From Enoplolaimus lenunculus (Eukaryota), in assembly GCA_030248215.1 (NCBI GenBank), contig JASANG010003338.1, positions 62,001-126,000 on the forward strand: a stretch of 64,000 nucleotides of DNA. The letters run 5' to 3'. Below, piece by piece: positions 27,461 through 40,700 of this stretch. The notes beneath the pieces were generated by a model. It made no database searches, was not told the DNA's origin, and worked only from the letters and a program-made list of their open reading frames with translations. Both the position numbers and the translations under genes were made by a program. The stretch's first letter is position 1. The number at the start of each line of letters is the position of its first letter.

Positions 27461-27578
27461 AGCTAACGGTCTGCGCAACTCCTGTTTGAAATTTTGCCCA
27501 AAGTTTATGGCCACACCGGGAATTCAATCCAGGCCATTTTGCATTCGAGTGAAGCATGTCACTGCTACACCATGCAAT

Positions 27579-27975
27579 CAGGGTGCAACCGGAATTCCGG
27601 TTCCGGTTCCGGCATTTTTTCACCTTCCGGTTCCGGTAAATTTTTACCGGATTTAAAAATTCCGGTATTATAATTTGGCCGTTTTCTTAACATTGCTAAT
27701 TTTTAAGAATCTCTTTTGAAAGCCACTTGTACTCCGAATATAAGCCATTGATGGTGGATTTCACTTCAGTCGATGATGAAAATCTAAAATACAACAAATA
27801 AAATAAATACCTATGTTCGACTAAGGTTATTTCACAAATAATAGAGCAAAAAATAAGATTAAAATGAAATTTTTGGTGAAATGCATTTTTCATTTTCCGG
27901 TTCCGGTTCCGGTTCCGGTAAAATTTTCAAATTCCGGTTCCGGTTCCGGTAAATTGTAATTCCGGTTGCACCCTG
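27579..27975. mobile_element. hAT-type MITE family B with TTCCGG subterminal arrays
   Basis: TIR CAGGGTGCAACCGGAATT / AATTCCGGTTGCACCCTG and perfect 8-bp TSD CATGCAAT. Confidence 0.92.
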
Positions 27976-28796
27976 CATGCAATCATTGCAACAACTTGAT
28001 ATGTACATAGGCGGTCGTCGCGGAGTGCGAATCCAAGATCCCTGAAGCCATGGGCTTCCTTTTTGCGCTGCCCGTTTCTGTGGGAAATCCATGTTGGAAC
28101 TACACGATCTTTTTCTCCTGTTAGAAGTTTTGCCCAAAATTAAGGACCATCCTCAGTCCTCTTGTATTTGAGTCAAGCATGCTGCCACTACACCATATGG
28201 TCTTTGAACAACTTCCTATACCGGTATATACATGCACACATGTATGATAATTTTTGCTTTACATACACGTGCTTTACGTACTACATGTGCACAAATCCGG
28301 TACCACTCTGGTGCGCCCGGTCAAACATTCTGATATGCTTACCGTAACTACGCACTTGTGAACTATAGGCACTTTCTGTGGTGCCATGAATTGTTTCCTT
28401 GGTTTATTTTATGTTTGTGTTTGTCTAACATTCTTCATTATAACGTTTCCAATTGTCTACTGCTAAAACTTGTAACAAGTTTCTTAGTTTGCAAAAGTAG
28501 ATTCGAATCACGGCTGAGACAAGGATTTATGAAGTCGCACGGTTGTCTTCGCTCCTTAACATCCTATATACCAATGTGTGGTTCACCTAGATTGTTAAAA
28601 GCTTCTGTTTATTTTATCGTTGCACGCCACGCAATGTATTTGTATGATTTATTTTGGAGGCAACCATGTTTTTGCTGCGTCGAAGTTGTAGTAGTACGTA
28701 TGCTTTGCTTCCTTTAAGCTGACATTAAAAGGATACTGCGTATATACAGTATTACATATAATACATAATAAAATACAGCTTGCATCGTGATTACGT

Positions 28797-31700
28797 ATGT
28801 TGGAAAGTTTGGCTGCATGGGTGCTCAATACGTATATTGGGGAGTATTTGGAAGACCTCAATACGGAGCAGCTCTCGATAGGATTGCTGCAAGGTATGCA
28901 TATGCATTTAGATTTGTTCATTTTACAAGCCTTAATTATTGCATAGTTTCGTCTAGGTAGGATCTCAAGGTTAGGTTTACGTGTATACCGGACAGTAATA
29001 GACCAATGCTACTCTCTTGTAATCGCCGAAAATAAACCATCGAAGGTATATTGCGCTTGCGTGGATTATGAAAATTAAAATTCAGCAGATGGAGTAAATA
29101 CCTATCTTCAACTAGGGTTATTTCTTCACCAATGATATTGCAAAAAAGAAAATTAAAACTAAATTTTCGGTGGCATGACTGTTTCATTGTCCGGTTCCGG
29201 TCCCGTTTTCAAATTCCGGATCCGGTAAACTATTTCCGGTTGCACTCTGGTACCCTGGTAGCAAGCCCACTTATCGTTTTTATTTTTAGGTGATTGCAAA
29301 CAGCATTTGTTAGATTTTTAGGTCAAATCCAACTTGAAAACGTTCCTCTGAAGAAATCTGCGCTCAGGAAGTTTGATATACCGATCAAAATAAAATCAGG
29401 TAATGTAAGATCGACGAGAGAATGATATATCGACAGTTTGTTGGTTTTACGACAGCGGTATGTAAAGGCATTTTCTGACCACTTTAAACATAACGTAGTC
29501 CTGTTCATTGTTTTAATCCCAGGATCCAGTGCCTGCCCCATTGCCGGGGGAAAACCATATGTAAAAACCTGAATAACGTAGAAACAAGCATAACGCAGTC
29601 TTGTTCATTGCTTTTATGTTGGTTTGGCCTGAGTACAAACTTGTTCAGCGTATAATGTATGTGGGCATATACAGGTCGATATTAAGTTTACTGGATCTTT
29701 AGTTGCGTTCAATTTATGTAAAAATTTATGTTGTCTTTTTACATTACTGTTCTTTGCATCCTAACTATGTGGACGCAGGAACAATAAATCGTATTGATCT
29801 ACAATATTTGTTCTATCCTTAAAACGGTTTCTTTTCTTCAGGTGTGCTTGGCAGCCTTACGCTAAGTATACCAATCACACGGCTGAGGAGTGAACCATGG
29901 ACAGTCGTAATTAGCGATTTGTTTGTTATTTTGGAGCCTTGTCCGCACCAGGTATAAATATTATTGTTAAGTTTATCATTTTTAAGTTTTTAATATATGT
30001 ATATATGTAGAATAATAATTATAAATATAACTTAGAATCTCTGAAGTAAACATGAATATTTCTGTAGAAGTTTTTATAGTTTGTAATTATATTATTATAT
30101 CTTTGAAACTAGTTGTTGTAATTATATCTTTGATTGCAATGTTTACGTTTTATGTACGTTTGAACGCTTCTAGTATGATTTTGGTTTTGACGAACAGTAC
30201 AAGCAATCTAGAAAACAACAACAGTTGGAAACGTTGGAAGCCATTCATATGGTTGGTTGCCATGTTTGTTTTGCACTTTAGTTGTAAAACTAAAACTATT
30301 TGTACTTGATTGTGGCGGACGGACTTTGCTTTTTCTTCTTTGAGTAATTTTTCTTGGTAAACGACGTGACTGCATGTACTAATTCAAAACAACCGTCAGC
30401 TGTACTGGGGAATTGAGAAGAGTGAGGGTTGTTTTGATCATTAATATTGATTACTGATTATTCTTGGTCGTTAGCGATTTTCTTAATATTATGAATTAAT
30501 TTGTTACGTTTATTCCAGTTCGTATATTCAATTTAAAGTGTTTGAATTGCATGACCGGTTATGGTTGTGCTCATGTATATGTATGTGCTTTAGCGTCAAC
30601 TGTGCGAAGGCCGATTAAATAGTTCGGATTACGATTCAACTGGCAGATCTAATTCGTGGTTGTCATATGGAGCATCTCTAGTGACAACTATTGTTGAAAA
30701 TATTCAGGTAATTTTAAGTATAACTTAACGGAGACAGCGCCATATTGAAAAGTAGACTTTTATTTTCTTTTTTATATTTGCTAATGAAATGATTGAAATG
30801 GAATCGGTGATGGCAGTAAATTTCTAGTTTGAGTTGGAATTTTGTATTATTTATATAACCTACTTTCTTTGCAATAGCACATATTGCTCTATTGGGCGGT
30901 ATGCTTAACATACCTTACTTCTATTTAAAATGTGAAATGTGAAACCCAGGCTGTTTTTAGGTGTCTTAATCAAGTTAATACTATGTATTGTGCCGTACAA
31001 TTTTCAGGAGTCTTTTTACGAAGTATTCATACACTTAAGTTGTGTTTTGTAGTTATGTATTTTCAGCTCATAATTAATAACGTACACATTCGAATTGAAG
31101 ATGACTATACACTGGGTTTAGGGAAATATATGTCGTATGGTTTGAGAATTGAACATTTGTCGGTACAGAGCACAAACGAGAAATGGGTGAGTAATGCGTT
31201 ACATGTTACACGCGTTTCATATTTTTGCTATTAATGTAGCTATACAGATCTGTGTTCGTTTACAAACTTTTTATACTTTACTGAACTCTCACGTGGAAAC
31301 ACATACTCAATTGTTTACATGTATTCTAGTTTCCTTTTTATTGTTTTCAGAGTCCGGGTTTTGTGCATCGGGATCCCGATAGCAATTTGTACAAACTGAT
31401 GCAAATTGATGGTGTCTCTTTGTATTGGGATGAGTATTCTTCCGATTTTTCAGTTACCACGACTAGTAGCTTGACAACATCTGATGTTCGGCAAAGTCAC
31501 GTGAGTGCATTGTTTTCTATAACTTCCATTTCGTTACTCCGTGAAAACTAATATATTTACATTTATACATCCGTTAAAGCGTGTTGAGGTTTATTTATTG
31601 AATGTTTGAATCATTGATCAACAGGAGCGTAGACAGGATTTCGTTTTGGAGCAGGATAACGAACCTCATTGCAAAAGTTTCTTTGTAAGCCAGCGAGCGA

Positions 31701-34700
31701 GCATAGAGTGCGAGAAAATTTGGTGTGGACCTTTCAAATCCCGGAGGTTAGTAGAACCTTCAAGGGTTACTTTATTCGTCTTCATAAAATTGGAAACGGG
31801 GATATATTCCTCTTATCCCTCCCTTGTATAAACCCTTTGTAGCCAAGTAACCGTTTTGGTATGATTGGTGATATGTTTTATGAAGCATTTGAAATTCGTT
31901 CATTCCTTGAATAATTCGATTCATACTGGGTGTGAGATTGACGTGATTCTGTTATAATTGGTGTGGAATAGAAAGATATAATCTGTTTTGTTGGTAGTTA
32001 TAATCCATTGCTTATGCAGATTAAGGCTGTCCATCGTTTGCTTTAGAATGCCAAATCAGAAACGCTTATTCTGGAGCCTGTTAATGCTAAAGTACGATTG
32101 GAACGGAATTCATCGAAACTGCCGCTGAAGGCAGTGACCCCACCAATACCACGCTTCAAGGTAGTTTATACAATTTTTTAATTGTGAAAATTTTTGTGTT
32201 TTGCTTTTAATCTGTTAGCACACTGTATAACTGTGGGCAGAAACTTCAAAAGCGCTGGTTTATTTGGTAAGTTAGAATATGTTGCCATGTTATACGTATT
32301 GCCAAAAGTTTTGATTAGCCAAAACTATACAATTACGTGCGGTTTAGGTGACCGTTATGGTGAATTTTTTTGTTTTAGATTAACATAGAGTTCGAATGTG
32401 TGCACGTAAATATAGAAAAACATCAATTGGTCGCTGGGCAAGCGATTTGTCGTGAATGGGCGCGATTTGACCGGGCACGCGAATTTCGAAAATGGCGGCC
32501 CAGGTCGTCTCCTCGTGTAAGGTGAGAGTTTAGTAGCTCTAGCTTGACAATTTCTGTGTGATGTTTTGCAGGTTTGTTTTGCAGGTTTAAAGTTAAACAA
32601 GTAAAGGTTTGAAATCTGGATGAATGACTGTGTAATTTTTGTTTTATAGTATGCTGTTAGATTTGAGATTGAAAAATCAATTTTTAGCTAGGCATATTTA
32701 CTTAGAATTTGTCACTGTTTGGACTGCTACGCTTTGCGAACACCCAAAATTTTATTAAGAACGCAAATACACGCAAGTTGTTTGTCGTAAAAGCGTTTAT
32801 CTTGGCAGTCTTTTCATTGTGAAGGTTCAAAGTGACGTTATATTATTTTATAGTGCGACTTGTAATGTTTTGTCATTCATGTGTTTCTGTTGTAAACTAT
32901 ACCATGTTTTTTATTTTTCAGTCCTCGCAAATGGTGGAAATTTGCAATTACATGTCATATTGAAGCAATAAGACAACGTAATGAAGAGCATACATGGTCG
33001 TATGCTGTTCGACACGCACGTAATGCAAATGCGTATGTGACTACGTATGTGCTTAAATTAACCGACGGAGGAACAACTAGTGGCGGCGGGATGAATCGAG
33101 CAAACATTGCTTTGCTGTCGCAACTAGAACGCGAATATTCCTACACAATTTTGCGGTCGCTCAGAGAGGTATGGTATTTTCGTACTTGTTTAATTTCTCC
33201 ACACAAAATTGGCTTAGGTTAGGGTTAGGAAGTATTTTTGGGTTTGATGTTACGGTTGCGGTTCGGATGTTTCAAAATTTTGCAGATGCGTATGCGGGTT
33301 TCTGGTTTTCACCTCCGCGAATGTGGATGGTAATTTCTTCAAATTGTTTCCAAGATTTCAAATTTGTTCCTTCATGAATTCACAGGTTTGATTGTACAAG
33401 ACGAAAATGAGTTTGAACTTTTAATATTACTAGTCATCGCAATCCGCTCAGCAAGGTTCAACGCTGCTTAATGCTTTCTTGTGCAAAATTTGTAAAATTA
33501 GTAATGCAAACAAGTTCAACTACTAAGCAGCCGGTTGCGTTGTGGATTAGGAGAGAGCAGTGGTGAGATACATGATGACTGGGTTCACATCCCGCCCCTT
33601 GAAACAGATTTGGTGCTAGTCTAAGAAAGGGTTAATTGTTTCTATTTTTAATTTGAGATTTAGTGAAAACATAGGCAACATTCTAACATTAGTATTTGAT
33701 ATTATTTTTTGCAGATACAAACATCCGCAAGATCCCTAAGATTAGTATTTGATTTAGGCTAAGGCTTAGGAAAATAATAAGCGATATGGGAGTGGGAAAC
33801 ATTTTTCTTCAATCAAATTAACACTATTATTGGTGGGGCAGTAAACAAGTACCGGTGTTTTCGGTGGTTTCTATGGAAGGAACGCATACAGATTTTGCGT
33901 TGGAGGACTTGGTAGAAATAATGGAGTACGTGCGTCTGGGATGGTTTATTGCCATTTATGTTAATTATTCAGAATTCTATTTTTTATTCGCAGAAAACAC
34001 TAAATTGAATGCGTTTGAATAGCAAGCTTGTATATATTAGAAACAGCCGACTTTAGGTTCATTTACTATTGTTTTGGTTTACAGACAGTGTATACAACAG
34101 GCTGTCAAGCGAAGTTTTGCGACTTCTAGTGCATCATTTATTACAAAAACATGAATGTTTAAAGGTTGCTGTTGCGAAAATCAAACGAGATGGTCTAGTA
34201 GTTTCGGCTTTGACATCTTCACCTGCAAAAAGTAAGCCTCAACAATCTGCTGATAGCGAGAGCACAAACCAAGAGACACAGCAGACGACAATTCCTGAAC
34301 CAGGTTTTTTATCGTCGTGGCTTTATTCGTGGTACTACAGTGGCAGTGCGGCGGCGTCTAGTTCGACACAGTCTTCGCCTTCACGAAGTCAGTCGTTTTT
34401 CGTCGACCCTACAGCGAGCAAAGTTCGCGAATCATTGGGTACATGTGTTGATGATGATGATAATGACCTTGATGTTGTTGTGGTTGATACCGATGGCCAA
34501 CACGATGTAAGTTGGTGTCTGTGGACACTTCCCCTGCCGCATGTGTTGGCTTAGTGTAGGGAAATGCTTGCCTATGCCTAAGCTATTGTGTAAGAATAAG
34601 CATAAACCTAACGTTCTTGAGAAAGTGTACAAGAATCTTGGTAGTCGATGAAAAAATCAATACATGGAGCCTTTCTGCTGAATGTTAAGACGAAGGCCTA

Positions 34701-37700
34701 ACAGGGTTTTGAAATAACGGCGTTGAAGACGAACAATGCCTCAGACGTAATCAGAAAATGAAAAATAAAGCGCTACCGAACAGTAAACCCAATGTGATTA
34801 TACTATTGGTTTGATTTTAAAATCTTGGCAGTGTTTTTGGTCTGTGCTTGACCACATTTTTTATTTATGAAATGTCTAACGGAGACATACCATTTCGGTC
34901 TTTATTATCCATATTTAACAAAGCAATTTGTTAGATGATGTAAACACAATATACGCTTGGGGTTTAATAATACACTGTGTTATCACAAAGAATTTTTACT
35001 GCATATTGCTGGGCATTCGCTGGGTCACGGCGGAGGGGGGAATTAACCGGATGGCCCTGGTTCGCAACCGGTGGGAAATTTCTGTGTGTGGGAGGGTTGT
35101 AGAGTTTTTAATAAAGCGTCAGTTGCACTAGCCAGTGTTTAGTTACGCCTACAAATAATCACATAGTCAAAAACAACCATATAAATAATAAACACATTAA
35201 ACATATAGGACATATGATCAAGAGGAAAGTGTATGTCCAGTTCACACTGAGGATGTTTTTTTCCAATATTGCAAGGAACGTGAAATTAATCGCGGGGAGC
35301 AATATTGAGTGGGGGGGGTAACCGGGGGAAATCGTATGTAGAGGGCGGCTTTTGGTAAGTGGGTGGGCACCCCCACCCCTTAGTAGCAAACCCACAGTAT
35401 TGCTGCAAATATTACTTGATACCAGTAGTAATGATTGGATCTCATTGCAGAAACCTTTTACTGGTAGCGAAGCACTTCCTCCGTTATTAAACGAAAAAGA
35501 GTTAAAGCAAGACTTGGCGCCGTTTGAGACTGAAATACTTGATGTTATATCGGACAGTGTGGATGACGAAACTTTTCTTCGACGGGATAACTTATTCGCA
35601 ACTTTCCATTTTTCCATGGATGAAGTGCGAGTTAAATTAGTCGAAAAGTGTACCGTAAAGGATTTTTGCGGTTAGTGTTACTGTGGTTATTTAAAGGTTA
35701 ACTTGCTGATTTTTGAGCAGTTTTAACAGATAGATAGATGGTCGTGTTTTCTTTGGTGGTGCCAGTTATAAGTTTGTTGTTTAATGCCAGACGAAGTAAA
35801 AATCCGTATGCAGCATTGTGTTTGATTAGCGGAGCTAATTCACGGAAAGGTCTAACATTAATCCTTAGTCATGACATGGTTTCAGATCGATTGTTTCAAT
35901 TCTACCTGCAGCCAGATTTTTTATGGTAGCTAGCATAGCGGTCATTATATCGTTTTTAGACAAGTAATCTCCGTTAACGGTTTGTTGTTTATAGTGAGAA
36001 ATAATATTTGAATTTTTCGAGAATACTTGCGTGTCTTGGAATGCTTGCTCGTATCACTAGCTGCACACATGGCTAGCTTTAATAACCTATCTTGTTTTCA
36101 GGAACCAAAGTCGAATCTCAGATTTCCAATAAACAAGATTTACAATCTGACAGCGATATTTTAGTTCCGTTGGAATGCGGCTGTTTGTCGGTTGCCATGA
36201 GTTTGGATATAAGTCCACGTCACAACACAATGAAGTTTGATATGACGTTGGGTGGTATCGAATTGAGGTGATATTATGTTGTGATGCTATGCTTGAAGTC
36301 AAAATATATTTATGTGTAGCAATGAATGTTATACGACGCACAGCTAGTGCATTACAATCTTACGGGTTTAGAAATGGTAATTTTGACACTGTTTTTATGG
36401 TTTTGCTTTAGTTTCTGCTTAGTCACTTAACGGAAACGTAGACCGACTGATTTTTTATCTAACAGAGATATCAGGTGGTAGCTCGATGACTATATTTAAT
36501 AATGATGGTATGTTTGAAATTTATTGCAGCTAAAGTACATTAATGCGGTAGGCTAAACTGCTATTCATTTTGCATATCTTCATTAAATATTTTAATGTAT
36601 AATTAAACGGTTTCAGATCGGATTGGTTGAAATCAACTCAGTATCACAATATGTTGTGGAAGGGTGCGAAATTTGAAAGTCAATCATCGGCGGCTAGCAG
36701 TAGTTGGATGCAGAAAGATCTCCACGAAACAGACAACACTGCATGCTCTTCATTGTCTTCAGTCTCGTTTTTACTGCATTGCGCCTATGAGCGTCGAGCT
36801 CCAAAATTGGCAAGCTATCATCGATTGTTAGTGGAGCTGACGCCGGTCAATATCCTGTATCATTATAGCGTTGTAGATGCGGCGACACACTTTTTTGAGG
36901 TAAATATTTTTACGTGTCTAGGATTTGTTAGTTTTAGCTTTTTGCAATAAATACCAAGTTAGTTGTAGCAGGAAATACGATTAGTTTGCGAAGTACTCGT
37001 GGTAAGATGCGTTTTGGTTTTTTAGTTGAACTGAACAATGAGCATAATTTGCGATTGCATTTACTGCATTTGCGGGATATATAATAGCTGTTCATTGTTG
37101 CTACATATAATCGACGCATTTGTATTATAACAGTGACGGCACCGAACAAAAAGCCGAATGCCTTGCGTCGGCTGTTTTAATCGAATTCGTAATAGTATGT
37201 TTACATGCGTGGGACACTTTATTTTGCAATTTTTTTATCAAGGATGTAATCAAAGATAAACATATGAATCCAATGACAGAAAGCGTCTCCGATTTAATTC
37301 GAAAACGCTGGTCACCTAAAGGAGATGTGTCTGATGAGGAGAATTCAAAGTTGGACGTAACAGAGCGTTTGACAGAGCTATTTAGGCGACAGCAGGAACT
37401 AAAGGAAAATCTCAGTTGTTTGGATGTTACTTTAGGTAAGCATGTGTTTTTGGGCTGTTGTACGTTTCGCTCCCACACGGGCGTAGGCTCCAGCTTTTGC
37501 TTATGTTGTGAAAGTGTCTTATGTGCATAAGCGTTTAGCTAAGCCTATGCCGAAGCCTTAATCTTAGATGTGGGGCTGGTGTACATGAGTTGAGGCAGGC
37601 AATGTTCTTTGTAATAGAATGACTTGTTACATTTATCAGCAGCGTTTGCTTTATAGTCGAATTTAACAACGTCTGGTTATACTTGGTCAAAGCAAATGTT

Positions 37701-40700
37701 CATGTTTTGGATTGGTTTCAGACCTTGCGGCTCCAACTATTCACGTGCCCGATTCACTTTCGTGCCCAAATTGCACAGTATTGTTTGATTTCGGTCGCCT
37801 ACTGTTTCGTACTGCGTCGAACAGACACAATGTCCCAGATATGCCACAGTCGGTTCCTGTATCAATGATTAGTCATGCGGAATCTGGAAGTCAGGCTTAT
37901 TATTCTGGAACAACTGAAGTACAACCGAGTTTTGAATTAAATTCTGAATCTGTCCGTGGTAGTTCGGACCAGCTGGAAAAAGGTAAAGCATCGTTTGTTG
38001 GAAATGCTTTCCGCTTTACCAGCCCGTCACAAATGAGCGATTTATCCGCGTTTTCAGAGGTTAGTTGCTTATTGGAATAAATAATCTAATAAGTCGTAGT
38101 TGGCGTTTAAGCTTAGTAAGTAATTGTTGTGAAATTCACTGAAGTTAGCCACCCGCGAGCCTGTTGCCATATGTCAATCGGGATATTCACTGAAGTTAGC
38201 CACCCGCGAGCCTATTGCCATATGTCAATCGGGATATTAAGTTCAGGGTGTGTTTACCGATGCACTCTGTGTAGATGAAATCTATGCGGACACAAAATGT
38301 TGTTGTTTAAATGTGTTGAATTATGTTTAAGTAATGTTGGCATTAATATGAGCATAACTTTTTACTTTGCAAGTTTTGAATTATAATTAGTTTTGATCAC
38401 TAACACCGGGGCCAAACTGTATAAGTAATGTGTTTGCTGTGTTTCTAGGATGAAAAATATGTCACACCACCGTCAACGCCGACTCTGACGTCTGATCCCA
38501 ATCTTTTAACAGTTGAATCGTGTCTGTATCATCGATATTACCTTGATCTGAAAGCAAGTATTTAGATATGTCTATTTTTGTATTGAAAAAACTGTTTTAT
38601 TAACCAAAATTTTATTAAAACAAGCTTTGTAATGTTCACTTTGCGATTTTATGCATCATAATGGCCTAAATAGTAGTTTACTGCTGTAATGTACTTTTTG
38701 TTTTTTTAGGATTTGCAAGTGCTGCTTAGCGAAACTCGTAATAACAGCGAAACTCCAGTAACTGACCCAATAATTCAGAAATTTACGATCAGTTTTCTGT
38801 GTTTAATTCAAAAGCTGGGCATCGAAAATGAAGATTTTCCAAATTTGAAGCTTGCTGGAAAAATGCCATCGTTGAGACTTCAGCTCAATGACACAAAGCT
38901 GGCTGCTTTTAAAACTTGTTTAGAAGTATGAGTTTTGAATAATGATTGAATTGAAATTGCTGCGCAGACCCAATAATTCAGAAATTTACGATCAGTTTTC
39001 TGTGTTTAATTCAAAAGCTGGGCATCGAAAATGAAGATTTTCCAAATTTGAAGCTTGCTGGAAAAATGCCATCGTTGAGACTTCAGCTCAATGACACAAA
39101 GCTGGCTGCTTTTAAAACTTGTTTAGAAGTATGAGTTTTGAATAATGATTGAATTGAAATTGCTGCGCAATTTTTTGTTTCTTAAATTTTAAGTTAGCTT
39201 TTGCAAAATTGTTGGCTTTTTAAATTATAGTGTTTACAAATATTGTAACCAATTTGTGGAAAATCATAGTGGCATGTTCTTTACAGTTTAGGTAGTTACA
39301 CGACGTCATAATAAGACAATCCCTGACATAACAGCGGAGTCACAATTCGATAGTGATGTATTAAACCGTCGTAATCGCGCAAGTACTCGAAAGCGATATC
39401 CTTGGTCTAGAACAATAAGTGGTAAGTTGGGTTTTGCATTTGCCGTATGTTTTGACACTGATGCAAACGTGTTATATCTATCACCAATGGGTTTTCAAAT
39501 ATAAGAACTGCTGCAATTCCAAATCTAAAAATCGGCACAGAAGCAAATCAAATTCTGTTCGAAAAGTGTGTTGTACTTCGCAGCTACGTAGGTGTTACAC
39601 TACCATAAAAATGGTCAAAGGACTGTAATTCTATGTAGTCGGTGATGTTTTCTATGTTAGAGCAGTTTAATTAACACTGAATTATTATGACTGTGTACTT
39701 TTAGGGTCAAAATCAATTGACACAGGAAAGAAAAGAGATATTGTACAGTCGATTATTCAGTTTTCTGTTGACGAAGTGAACGTTGAAATGCAAACAAAAG
39801 ACAAATCCATTGGCGAACTGCAGCTTGGTATTGATTTTTTTATTTTTATCAAACCGAAGAACGATGAAATTTCTGTTTGAATACAGTCGTATAGATTTTG
39901 TATTAGGTGTTTATGCATAATTGCAATCTTTTATTAGAATTTTGTATATAATTGGAATTTACTGCACTTCATAGTACGTAGTTGAAATACTAGTGGAAGA
40001 CATAAATATATGCAAGGTTAACGCCCAATTTTATTTCAGTTTAGCGAGGTTTTAGACTTACAATCTGTCAAATATGAAAGCCAATTTCTGTTCCTCAGAT
40101 GTTAGTTTTCAATTTTGAAACTGTGCAGTATTTGAATTAGAGTTACGGTATTTTGAAGTAAGCGGTCTCTACCGGACAATATTTGGTTTTTTCGTAATAC
40201 CACTTTGTGTAGTAATTGCTGTTGGACTGTAAAGTGTAAAAATTGAGGGCAGCTAGTTTCTGTTAATTTGTTGCGACAAGTTGGATTTTGTTTATAGGAC
40301 GGTTGTCTGTAGAATGTCATCAGTATAACACGAAATCGAGCATCAAATTTATGTTGCATAGCTTGTTGCTAGTTGACGCCATGCAAACATGTGGACCGGA
40401 TTATGAATTGATATTTGCGTCGCATAAAGGTTTAGGGTAAGCATTACCGTGCTTTTGAAATCTTGGTTAAATATTATTAAAACTTTAAATATAAAGTCTT
40501 ATGAAACTATTAATAACTGGGTGCAGATTTTTAAAAACAAACCAATTCTATGGAGTGCCATTGTCGCTGCAGTAAGAATACAGTAGCATCAAATATCGAG
40601 CTATATTTGACAACTTGTGGGGCCAACAGCACTGCTTGCCACTATGAATGAAATGGAATTTTAAGTTTAGATTTTGTCCGTTTAAAGGTAAAACTTAAAG

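Noticed and set aside
27590..27970. CRISPR-like or satellite array from TTCCGG repeats
   Set aside because: Subterminal hexamers of a hAT MITE; no spacers, eukaryotic context.
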